A program made the position numbers and the translations under genes. From NCBI RefSeq assembly GCF_001194135.2, contig NC_068986.1:95758706-95822705 (forward strand): a DNA stretch of 64,000 bases, written 5' to 3'. Positions 1-11,203 of the stretch are shown here, one piece after another. The DNA comes from Octopus bimaculoides (taxonomy: Eukaryota). Position 1 is the stretch's first letter. The number at the start of each line of letters is the position of its first letter. The notes beneath the pieces were generated by a model. The model saw only the letters and a program-made list of their open reading frames with translations, made no database searches and had not been told where the DNA came from.

Positions 1-385
1 AGCAACTGATGCTGGAGCAAAGATACTCTGACATGCTGAAACACCCATGAGAGTAAATAGATTTGAACCAGTGAGCTCTGGCTCAACAGTCTAGAAATAT
101 CTCAGCAAGAAAGTGAATCTCTGTCTCATCAACAACATTTTAACATCTACATTTCCAAACTGGGTTGGATAAGTCAGTAATACAACATATTACAACCTGT
201 TTCAGTCATTGATCATCTTAAAATCTGACTCTACTAATGACTTCAACCATGTCTTTCTGAACTGCAACTCTTCCACAAGTAGATAACCATTTACAATTCA
301 GAGCACTTTTTCACCCAACACTTACCATATCACTACATCACATGTCTATTATGTCTACACAACAGTTATTTCCCTTGCAAATATC

Positions 386-694
386 CTTTCTTTTCAACTA
401 TGGGCACACGGTGTAGATTTTTTGGGGAGGTGGACAGTTGATCACATCGACCCTAGGACCCAACTGGTACTTAATTTATCCTTTTCTACTCTGGGCACAT
501 GGCCCAAAAATTTTGGGGAGGGGGCCGGTCGATTAGATCTACCCCAGTACACAACTGGTACTTAATTTATTGAACCCGAAAGGATGAAAGGCAAAGTTGA
601 CCTTGGCGGAATTTGAACTCAGAACGTAGCGACGGGCGAAATACTGCTAAGCATTTCGCCCAGCGTGCTAACAATTCTGCCAGCTTGCTGCCTT
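386..694 (-). mobile_element. tRNA-derived SINE (family B) with a duplicated 3' part
   Basis: Minus-strand head GGCAGCAAGCTGGCAGAATTGTTAGC...GAGTTCAAATTCC (A/B boxes); body CTTTGCCTTTCATCCTTTCGGG; TSD TTGCAAATATC (375-385 / 700-710). Confidence 0.8.
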
Positions 695-1258
695 TTCCTT
701 TGCAAATATCAACTGATGTCTTCTCTACCCATCAGTTCTAGAATCATCTATGCTCCACCCATCATTTATCATCATTATCAATTTGCATCCACTTTTCCAT
801 GTTGGCATGGGTTGTATGGGCTGTCATAGACTGAGTCAATTCTTATTTGGGTTTACTGCCCTTCTAGACAGATCAGGAACCACACCTCATGAGTACATTC
901 CATTTTTGGTTTGTTTTCTGCAGCTGAGTGCCCTTCCTATAGTCAACCATTTTACACAGTGTACTAGGTGCATATGGTATCAGTGCTTGAGAGACTGTCA
1001 TGTCCTAAAGTTAAAATTATTTATTCTCTACAGCCTCCATATTCATATAGCATTCATATTTAATGTTATTAAACAACAACAACAACAACAAGCATAGTAA
1101 TAATTTCTTTCAGTCATACACACACGGCAACAAATTTAATGAGAAGATATAATTGATTATATTGATACTACAGTTCTATATTTAAGAGATGAGGAATTAT
1201 GTACATTATTTACATTATTTACATTTGACGGATATTTGTTCTCATCTTGTTTGTTGTT

Positions 1259-1304
1259 AACACAACGTTTCAGCTGATATACCCTCCAGCCTTCTTCAGG
1301 TGTC
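1259..1304 (-). ncRNA. Minimal type I hammerhead ribozyme (PLE-type), sense in the RNF121 pre-mRNA
   Basis: GACAC-CTGAAGA-A-GGCTG-GAGGGTATAT-CAGCT-GAAAC-GTT-GTGTT: CUGANGA and GAAA core, stem I GACAC/GTGTT, stem II GGCTG/CAGCT, palindromic ACGT minimal stem III, GUU cleavage triplet. Confidence 0.65.
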
Positions 1305-1502
1305 TTGGGGAAATTTTGAACCTGAGTTCTCATTCCTAAGGTTAGTAGTTTGCGCTCTTAACCACTACGCTATATGCTCGTGGGCATATGGCATACTAAC
1401 CCCAAGATTCCGAGTTCGATTCCAGGCAGTGACCTGAATAATAATAATAATAACATCAAAAAATACCTTAGGAATGAGAACCCAGGTTCAAAATTTCCCC
1501 AA

Positions 1503-1548
1503 GACACCTGATGAAGGCTAGAGGGTATATCAGTTGAAACGTTGTGTT
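1503..1548 (+). ncRNA. Second minimal hammerhead copy (stem II weakened)
   Basis: GACAC-CTGATGA-A-GGCTA-GAGGGTATAT-CAGTT-GAAAC-GTT-GTGTT; core intact, stem II has G.U pairs and one mismatch. Confidence 0.55.
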
Positions 1549-1883
1549 AACAACAAACAAGATGAAGACAAATATCTGTCAAATGTAAATAATGTATATT
1601 GATACTAGTACTCGACTTATTTTACCAAGCCTAGAAAGATGAATGCTGAAGTCAGCTATGATGTGATTTGAACTCAGAAGAAAGATGTAAAAACAGTGCA
1701 AATATTCTGTTCTTCACACCATTACACATAAGCAAATAATAATAATTGAATACATAACAACAGCATACAAACAATTGTAATTATATTTATATTAGGTTCC
1801 AGATATTGAAGGTGTTGCACCTGTGTGTGGAGATGAGGGCAGGACAAAACCAGGTTAGGATAAATTGATGCCAGACACGTGAT

Positions 1884-1892
1884 AAAGGATAC
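1884..1892 (-). other. RNF121: U12-type (minor spliceosome) 5' splice site GTATCCTTT
   Basis: Exact match to the U12 donor consensus RTATCCTTT immediately after exon 6, interrupting the RING domain. Confidence 0.85.
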
Positions 1893-2026
1893 ATATGATT
1901 ACATGTTAATTTGCAGGTTTTTTCTATGATTGCATTCTCATTGTTCATAACAAGAATGTCATTACCACACACTGCGCACATGTTCTGTTCCAACGTCTTT
2001 GTCGGCAAACCAGTGGTTGTATAAAA
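1893..2026 (-). CDS. RNF121: RNF121 coding exon 6, first half of the RING domain (FYTTTGLPTKTLEQNMCAVCG...KLTCNH)
   Basis: TTACAG acceptor, 134 nt, RING ligands CAVC...CNH; ends AT|GTATCCTTT. The remaining exons (FHEFC.. onward) were not found in 1-1892. Confidence 0.95.
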
Positions 2027-2234
2027 CTGTAATGAAATTCAGACAAATATATTAGCATGTTTAATTAATAAAAGCAGTGAACGGTAGCATGATACTATAA
2101 CTGCAGTTTTCTTTGGTTAATAATTTTATTGCTGATACAGTTTATGAAATGGGGGAAGGAGAGGTAAGGCATACAGTTATTGTATAAAACTATAAGGAGC
2201 CTGTTAATTAATGATTTTCAATTATAGGTACAAT

Positions 2235-2606
2235 GTTGTTGCACTCCGTCGCTTACGACTTCGAGGGTTCCAGTTGATCCGATCAACGGAACAGCCTGCT
2301 AGTGAAATTAACGTGCAAGTGGCTGAGCACTCCACAGACACGTGTACCCTTAATGTAGTTCTCGGGGATATTCAGCGTGACACAGTGTGACAAGGCTGAC
2401 CCTTTGAATTACAGGCACAACAGAAACAGGAAGTAAGAGTGAGAGAAAGTTGTGGTGAAAGAGTACAGCAGGGTTCGCCACCATCCCCTGCCGGAGCCTC
2501 GTGGAGCTTCAGGTGTTTTCACTCAATAAACGCCCGGTCTGGGAATCGAAACCACGATCCTATGACCGTGAGTCCGCTGCCCTAACCACTGGGCCATTGC
2601 ACCTCC
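2235..2606 (-). mobile_element. tRNA-derived SINE (family C)
   Basis: Head GGAGGTGCAATGGCCCAGTGGTTAGGGCAGCGG...GGTTTCGATTCC; 11-bp TSD ATAGGTACAAT (2224-2234 / 2607-2617); second copy at 51710-52099. Confidence 0.85.
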
Positions 2607-3449
2607 ATAGGTACAATAAATCAGGGGGAAAAAACAATATCTAAATAAACTTACATAAAGAGCAGAAAGAAATTTGATTAATTAATAAGTACTCAGAAGG
2701 ACATAGGCTGTAAGGTGAAGGTGCTTTACTATTAATAACCACATAGATGCCAGTGCTGCTTGACTGGCACCCGTGCCAGTGGCATGTAAAATGCACCCAC
2801 TACACGCTTGGAGTGGTTGGCATTAGGAGGGGGCATCCAGCTGTAGAAACCTTGCCAAATCAGATTGGAGCCTGGTTCAGTTGCCTGGCATACCAGTTCT
2901 CAGTCAAACCACCCAATCCATGCCAGCATGGATGTGTAGATGACCAACATGCTAAAAATGGCAGCTAAATCTCTCATTGTCTTGAAAAAACAATGACACT
3001 TTGGAGAATGTGTCTTGGAAAAGGACAACATTTTGGATAATGTGATTGTGGATGTATTATCGGAGAAAAGATGGGATGTCAAGACTAGAGTTCCTCTGGT
3101 CATAGATCTGCTAGATCAGGGCTAACCTAGCATTCAATAATAACACCAAATAAACATCACTATGTTTTGTCAAAAGATGTCAATAATCACACTTTTAAAT
3201 GAATCATGTACAATGTTCTTCCAGCAAACATTGACCACCATGACAAAGATCTGATGAACCCAATGTGGAAGCATTTTTATGGTCACTTCATCTGCTAGAA
3301 ATAGCAGACAAATCTCCCTCAAAACATACTCTACCAACTTAAGAAAGTAAGAACATTTTCGATAATATAGCATATGATCTCAGGCCTGGTTGGTACCATA
3401 GCCAATACAAAAACTAAATCTATGGTGGAGAGACAATAACTGTATTTTA

Positions 3450-3713
<264 letters not shown>

Positions 3714-3799
3714 TCACCAAGGTAAAACATGTAATAACACTTAATAGAAAATAGATGATAAGTTACATTTCTTTAAATAATTGTTTGTGTGTGAGTTTA

Positions 3800-3834
<35 letters not shown>

Positions 3835-4949
3835 ATGCATGCGTGTGTGTGTGTGTGTGTAGTGTTTAAGAACATTAGATCATTAAAGTATTTTATACAT
3901 GCTTATAGTAAAGTGCATATGCCCATTATGTATACACACCTGCACACATTTTTAATGAATATATATTCACACACAAATGCTTATGTACAGAATATGGACA
4001 ACAAAATAGCATAGGTATGCATCTTACTTATCTTCTGGGGTAGAGGTAATTAATTAATATTCAATGTAAAACATAGGTTGAAAGTTCAAATTGAAATGAA
4101 ATTAAATGTTGTGTATTGTGTGTGTATATGTATAGTTTTTTTTACATCTGTAGATGCACTTTGATGTTTAAATATCTCACCATACAATTATATTTATGCT
4201 ATTACTAAATTTAAGTCAAAGTTGTACATAAACTATAGAAATACAGATCAAAATGAAACTAAACACACATACTGTCATCTTCTAACCAACACCAGAGTAT
4301 CATTAGAATGAAAGAAGATTTCTCCAGTGAAAAAGATTACTCTCTCTCTCTCTCTCTCTCACACTCACACACACACACAATGCCACTATAGATTTTAAAC
4401 AGCCTGTTTTTTTTTCAACTAAGATTAGGTTGGGTAAGACTTACTGTGGCAATATTCTATGACCACAGGTCCTTTTCCACTCTAACTCTTATTTGTTTTC
4501 AAGTAGTATAGTATTTTATTCCTAGTGTTTCACAAATTGAACTGCCAGGTCATAGGACACACTGTTTAGAGTGGAACATAAAGAAACATTATTGCTGCCT
4601 AAGTAGTGCCAATGCAAAGATACACACACACACACTTACACATGCAGTACAGTCTTCCATACAGTTTCTGTCTACCAAATTTCACTCAGAAGGCATTGCT
4701 GAACCCATGGCTATGGTAGAAGACACTTGTCCACTGTGTCATGCAATAGGACCAAACATGAAACCATGTGGCTGCAAAGGAGCTTCTAAACCAAACAGCC
4801 ATGTTTGCACTAATATATAAAGATGCATTGTGTGTGTGTGTGTGTGTGTGTGTTTGTGTGGTGGGGGACATACAAATGACATCTTCAAACTACCCCAAGT
4901 AAAAATCCAGAGGAAGACATATACATGGAAAGACTCACTCACCAGCTAC

Positions 4950-5640
4950 CTATTTAAAACTGTATATGGTTATGATATATTCACACTTAGAGTTTGCTTC
5001 ACCAGTCTGGAACCCCTACCTTCAATCTCCTGGAAACTGTTCAGAAACATCAAACTAGATGAATACTTGCCATCAGGTAGCTACCATACTCTAAATGTCT
5101 TGCTTCTCTGGGCATGGGCATGGACACATTTAAGCTTTGATGTCTAGCAACCTACTTGGTAGAAACCCACAAGATTATCCACCATCTTTCCAACAACAAC
5201 CTTGGGCACCTTATTGAACTCCACATCTCAAACACTCATTGACATGCTTACAAAATCCAAAAAAACAACACAGCACCCATGATTTTGTGAAACATTTTTT
5301 CATGCTCAGAATTGCTGAAACATGCAATAAACTACCCACATCAGTTGTTAGCTGTTGGGACACAACGTTCTTCAAAACTTCTATGCATCCTGAAAATCCC
5401 TAACACTACACCTAATGTCCCCACCCCTGGCTTTTTTTTATAACTTATTTATTGTTCACTTTCATGTCTTTTTGGACATTATTCTATGTAAGCTTATGAA
5501 AAATTCCTGTATTTATATGGTAGTACGTGCTACGTCTATAATCTGTCTATAAGTGAGGAAATGAAAGAGAAAACATATCTGATAAGTTGTAGTGCACCTG
5601 AGCACTGTATACAATATGTTCATCAATAGTATTTTAGTGT
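4950..5640 (+). mobile_element. Decayed CR1-clade LINE 3' end
   Basis: Frameshifted translation contains HLEFASPVWNPY and RIAETCNKLPTSVVSC (CR1 C-terminal motifs), followed by a 3'UTR/tail. Confidence 0.65.
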
Positions 5641-6126
5641 TTGAATAGCAGGAGCAAGGGAGATAACCTTCTTTGTTCTTAAAAGTTAAATTTTATATAG
5701 AAATTACTTAGATAGGTTCCGGCCGATGTTGGCCCAGGCCATGTCTAATTAAATAGCACCACCTGGAAGAGATACACAGTCAGCTCTTGGGCACCATAGC
5801 CCATTCAAGCAGAGACTTATTGTTTGCAGAGACATATCCAGGTGTTGGTGGTTTGTCTGGTATTTGTTGGAGGTAATCATCTAAGGACCAATAATGATAA
5901 GGTTGCTGCTATCTCATCTGTTGGACTTCTAATTGCCAAAGGCAACACTCTCCATGGTACTGCAGAAGACATGGTTGAGATTCTGCAGATACAATACTAC
6001 TCTGCTTTCAGCAATCCCAGTATTGTTAACCTGGCCAACATATAGGAAAAAAAACAAACACAGCACACCTTTTCTGGCACATCATTTCATGCCTTGGACA
6101 TCATAACAGCTATTAGCAAAATAGAG

Positions 6127-6309
6127 AAGAGATGTTAAAATGTAAGAGAATTTTAATTCATGCAGACGATCGTTTCGAACAGCGATATAAAAATCAGGCA
6201 AATTCATGGCTGAATTTCTTTTCAACCATGAATTTGCCCGATTTTTATATCGCTGTTTGAAATGATCGCCCTTCATGAATTAAATTTCTCTTACATTTAA
6301 ACATCTCTC
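6127..6309. repeat. Fold-back palindrome (~88-bp arms, 6-nt loop)
   Basis: 6127-6214 is the imperfect reverse complement of 6221-6309 (e.g. CAGCGATATAAAAATC / GATTTTTATATCGCTG). Confidence 0.8.
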
Positions 6310-6391
6310 TCCATTTTTAACAAATTTGCTGAGTTTTATGGGATTCCTTTCCATTAATTCACATAACACACTATATATAAATATATATATA

Positions 6392-6744
6392 CATCATCAT
6401 CATCGTTTAACGTCCGCTTTCCATGCTAGCATGGGTTGGACGATTTGACTGAGGACTGGTGAAACCGGATGGCAACACCAGGCTCCAATCTAATTTGGCA
6501 GAGTTTCTACAGCTGGATGCCCTTCCTAACGCCAACCACTCAGAGAGTGTAGTGGGTGCTTTTACGCGTCACCCGCATGAAAACGGCCACGCTCGAAATG
6601 GTGTCTTTTATGTGCCACCCGCACAAGAGCCAGTCCAGGGGCACTGGCAATAATCTCGCTCGAAAATCCTACAAAGGCCAGTCAGGCAGTACTGGCAACG
6701 ATCTCACTTGGCCTGCCAGGTCTTTTCACGCACAGCACATTTCC
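6392..6744 (-). mobile_element. 5'-truncated RTE LINE (last codons + 3'UTR + (GAT)n tail)
   Basis: Its 5' end matches the RTE ORF end at 26683-26706. The same tail recurs at ~2745-2930, 11901-12083, 12090-12255, 21586-21747, 26122-26358, 33118-33445, 37059-37250, 44771-44948, 45705-45880, 53240-53557 and 59901-60143. Confidence 0.8.
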
Positions 6745-7966
6745 CTATATATATATTACAGTGAGTTTCTGCACAATTTCTGTCTACTAAATTTACTTAC
6801 AAGGTATTAGTTGGGTATGAGGTATAGTAGCAAACATTTGACATAGGTGCTACACAGTGCAATGGAACTGAATTCAAAACTACATGGTCGCAAAATGAAC
6901 TTCTTAACCATACAGCCATACTATACAGGATATATTTTAGCCAACACTGTATGTAACAGACAAATGTACAAGTCCTCTCTCTCACTCTCTCCGAGTGTGT
7001 AGGGTGATGAAATCAACGTGGTTGAATTCCACCTGAACATCAGCAGGTATATGTTCACAGGAAAAAAATGTGAGCTGAGAGTGTGGTGCAACTGCTTGTA
7101 ATATCACGAATTTCATTAGGCACACCCATGGACCAGATAGGGTGTCAATCTAAGCAGTATGTAACACCTACCAACTGTGTGCTATAATCAACAAGTGAAG
7201 AATTTAAATTTCAATTAGTTACATCTTATCAGCTTCAGTGTCATTTGAATCACGCAGGTTTTCTCACAAATTGTTTATATCAGTTAATATTTAAAATAAA
7301 TAATCTAGTGGCATAGATTTGGCAATTAATGTCCAAAAAATATATAATTATCTAATTAGAGATCTTACAAATTTATTCTAGGTAAGAAATCTCTCAATCA
7401 AGAATAATTTAGGGGTCATAAACACTACAGAGAAATTCTGGTTTGGTTACTGAAGAACCATAGTTTCAACCAAGCCTGAGTTTCATAAAGTTCCTGTGTA
7501 GGGTGCAACTATGACTGTAACCACACAGCCATGCTTGCACACTGAGATCAATCTCATGTCTTCTACCATAGCTTCAGTTTATTTAATGTGTCGTGAGTGA
7601 AATTTGGTAGATGATAAAGCTTCAAAAAAGTTACTGATTAATGTCAAACAAAAATATCTTGTACGACTTATTCCATCCAACTCTCTCTCTCACACACACA
7701 CACACACGCACATATGCATGCACGCGCGCACGCACACATCTCACTATCAGAAATCAGAAATGTAAAGAAACTGATTATCTCATTGGGAAACTGTTCACAA
7801 AATATATGATCTAAAATCAAATAAAAATCTTCGAATGTCTTCTTAGTCATATCATGTAATCTTATATAAAATTCTTGTATTTAAATGGTAGTATATGCTA
7901 TGTCTATAATGTGTGTATAAGTGAGGAAATGAAAGAGAACTGTGCTCTTTGAATAAGTAACAGTAC

Positions 7967-8121
7967 CTGGGTGTTGTACCAGTGAGAGGTTTCCGTGTTG
8001 CTCGAAAGGTCACATAAGCTGTGATGATGGAGAAAATCAACCAGATGATAATGAAACGGACCCAATGGTATTTGATGGAGAATAGCACAGGTATCAACCA
8101 CATTCCTATCAAGGTGGCTCT
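7967..8121 (-). CDS. RNF121: RNF121 coding exon 4 (RATLIGMWLIPVLFSIKYHWVRFIIIWLIFSIITAYVTFRATRKPLTGTTP-R)
   Basis: CTGTAG acceptor, AG|GTACTG donor, 155 nt; conserved TFRATRKPL..TTPR; transmembrane segments. Confidence 0.95.
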
Positions 8122-11061
8122 CTACAGTGGTATAAAAAAATTAGTCACTGGTTAGGATAAATAAGGTGAAGACAAGACAGATTGGATACAACAGAACAGA
8201 CAGGAATAAATAAGAGAGCAAGGTAAATTAAATGATATATGACTGAAAGGGTGGGGGAATAGATTAGTATAAATGGAATAGGAAATAGAGGCTAGGAATA
8301 AGTTAAATAAGATGGAAACAAGGAAACAAGTGAGATAAGATGAGGATATGTTAGATGGGATGGAGACAATTGAGAGACAATAGGGACAAACTAGAAATGG
8401 AGGGGAAAACTAGGTGGTATGAGAACAAATTAGATAGGATGGGGCCATATTAGATGAAATAAGTAAGATGAGACAGTGAGAAAAGATTAGATGGAATAGT
8501 TTAAATTTAATGTGACAGAAGATTGGACAAGAAAGAACAAGGTAAGTGGAACAGACAGAAGGAGAGGAGACGGTGGAGGATGGACAGACAGAGAAGACAT
8601 GCTGGTGGCCAGACATACAAAGAGACCATATTGGAGGACAGAGATATAGAGAGGAGAGACAAAGAAGACATACAGGCTCAGAACATTGAAGAACAGAAGA
8701 CATATTAGAGGGCAAATACACAGAGTACATGCTGAATGTTAGACTAAAAGTACACACAAAGAATAGAAACAGAAATGAAGTCAGACATACAGGTTGATTC
8801 AAAAACAAAGAGAATTAAATATATGTATCATGTCACAGCATTTATTACACAATATTTATTGCCACATAGTATTTTGATGTCATATGCAGTACATATAAAG
8901 TCAAACACAGAGTTTATAATGTCACAGTATGTGTCATGTCACACATGGTACAAGTTTTGTTATATAAAACACTTATCATGCTGTATGCAATATTATGCCA
9001 CAATAGTTAACATATCACAATATTTATAAAGTAAAACAGAATTTATTATGTTACACACAGTATTTATCATATATAATACAGTATTCACAGTATAGTAAAA
9101 GAAAAAAAATTATTATTGTAGACAAAAGGCAAAATTATAGTTAACCAAATCAAACAAACATAGTTAAAATATTTAGCTAATTAAGCAGGTGGCCTTCAGC
9201 ATATAATATAGGAAGGTTTACAGACCCAAGAGCTCAATGCCTCCAATAAGTTTAAGAACTTGTAACCAGTAAGATACTATGGTACCTAAATCATTCAGAC
9301 ATTTCACCAGTCATCAACTGTCTGTCTTGCTGTCTTTCTCTCTCTCTAAGCATAATATTTATATCTAAGAAATGTCATTTATTCCTCATTATTTTTCTTT
9401 TGATAGCTAAATTTGTCTTCAATGAATTGAAACTTTAAGCAGGTTTTTCAACCACAAAGTGCTCTATTAGGATTAAGGGCTCCATCTAAGTCTATCCAAT
9501 ATAGAAGTGGCTGTTACAAAAATGATGACGGTTGCACAAATTCAGTCTCTTCATACAGATGTCTCATGGCCAAATATGGCACTTGATTTCCAAATGTTAT
9601 TAAATGATTACAAATTTACCTTTTCCTATGCAGTGAAAAAAGAAATGATAATAACCATAACCCTTTTCGGGGCCTCTGAGGCTAATAGACACAAGTTATC
9701 CTTAGACTGAGTTTCTTGCCTGGTAGTTACAACAAAATGGATTCTGCTAAGGCACTCAAGATTCAGGTGGGGTGTTAAACCAGTGCCAACCCCACCAAGA
9801 ATAACAATAGTCCTTTGAATTAGCTTCCAAGCAGTTTCCATCAACTAAATTTCATTTACAAGGCATTGCTTAACCTGAGGCTATAGTAGAAGACACTTAC
9901 CCAAGGTAGCATGCAATGGGGTTTGTGCAGAAACCGAGCAGTTGCAAAGTGAATTTCTTAAATAAAGAACCATGCCTGCACCCACTAAATTTTATCACCA
10001 ACAACAGTAACAACAAACAATCCTTAAGTCTAAGAGGAAGCCTCTATGTGGTCACTTGACTTGCTAGAAACAACAGCAAATTTCCCTCAAATCAAACATT
10101 ACTATCTTAAAAAAAGGAAAGGGTACATTAGATTATGCAGTCTTAATATACTATGTCTCTGATAAAAAGAAAAGATGGTCACACCTGGCACATCTTTGAT
10201 TACAGGTCAGCTGTATTAAAGTTAACTTGAGGTTAAATAACAAATATTTTCCTGTACATTTTAATGCTTTATTGGAATGGAAAAGTTTGCAAACCTTGAA
10301 GACTTGAAACAAGATCAACAGGAGATTTGGAAAAGATCCTTCAAGATACTAACATCAAGGATGAGAAATGAAAAAAAAAAAAAAAAGAAAAGGTTTCTGG
10401 TCTCAAAATAACAATTATGTTGGGTCAAGACAGACTTACTCATGTAGTCTAGTGAGCATTATTTAAAAAAATGGAGAACTGATTGACTCCCACTTCTCTT
10501 CTTAGGACAAGACTTTACTCAAGGCACAGTACTGGCCATCATTTTAGGCAATATAAGCACTAGTACTAGAATGAATTAAATGTATAGGAGGCCCTGGAAT
10601 ATTTTGAAGAGAGACATGTTTAATGAGACAATATGGAAATTATTTTCAACAGACTAAGGAAACAACAATGAACAAACAAAACCAAACATTCTAAAAATAA
10701 ATAGCAATAGATCTGCAATGTTAAATATTTAAAAGAAAGATTTTAAAAAATGGAAGTAAAGAAAGCAATCTAGAAGAAATATTAAAACCTTTTTGATACC
10801 ATCTCCACCTCACCTAAGATTACCTCTGGTTTACAGATATAAAACTGTTCACATTTGAATTAAAACCTTTCATTAATAATTTATGTAAGAAACTTCTGTT
10901 ATGTTCCTAATATCAGATTAATAAACTAAATAATGAAAATGTTATTTTACTAAATCTTCCCAATTTCTTGGTTACTTTCAAAATTAATTAAAACATATAA
11001 GCAAAATATTTCATTAGCAATATGGCAAGTAAACGGTTAAGAGAGAAGAGTAAGATATAAC

Positions 11062-11203
11062 CTGATATGATTTGAAGTGACGTTTCTTCCACTGCATGAG
11101 GATGATCTGTGCAATACCAAGGGTGACCAACAGGATAAGCACCATCTCTGCGTGCATTGCTTCATGGCCACGGTGTTTTTCATGTAGCCTCTGGTGTTCA
11201 ATT
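11062..11203 (-). CDS. RNF121: RNF121 coding exon 3 (IEHQRLHEKHRGHEAMHAEMVLILLVTLGIAQIILMQWKKRHFKSYQ)
   Basis: 142 nt, near-identical to the RNF121 HRGHEAMHAEMVLIL motif; not in the ORF track. Acceptor ...GTCGAAG (AAG), donor CAG|GTTATA; phase 2 to 0. Confidence 0.95.

Larger units (their letters stand above)
1171..1594. mobile_element. Inverted-dimer retroposon: tRNA-like head + (AAT)n + Penelope-type hammerhead tail
   Basis: 13-bp TSD TATATTGATACTA (1158-1170 / 1595-1607). Arms ~1212-1343 and ~1464-1594 are reverse complements with few mismatches; centre of symmetry ~1380. A-box-like and B-box (GAGTTCGATTCC) pieces lie in the middle. Confidence 0.75.

Noticed and set aside
1-1892. Remaining RNF121 exons (FHEFCIRGWC.. 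and C-terminus)
   Set aside because: No matching sequence or U12 branch point was seen by eye; presumed to lie left of the window.
2530-2606. tRNA genes at SINE heads (also ~1345-1435, 32370-32448, 35826-35905, 52020-52099, 61090-61150)
   Set aside because: They have A/B boxes but no complete cloverleaf or acceptor stem, and they are fused to repeated bodies with TSDs, so they are SINE heads.
5830-6045. 73-aa ORF
   Set aside because: Resembles a decayed CR1 linker (EILQ.QY.SAFSNP); too weak to annotate and not a host exon.
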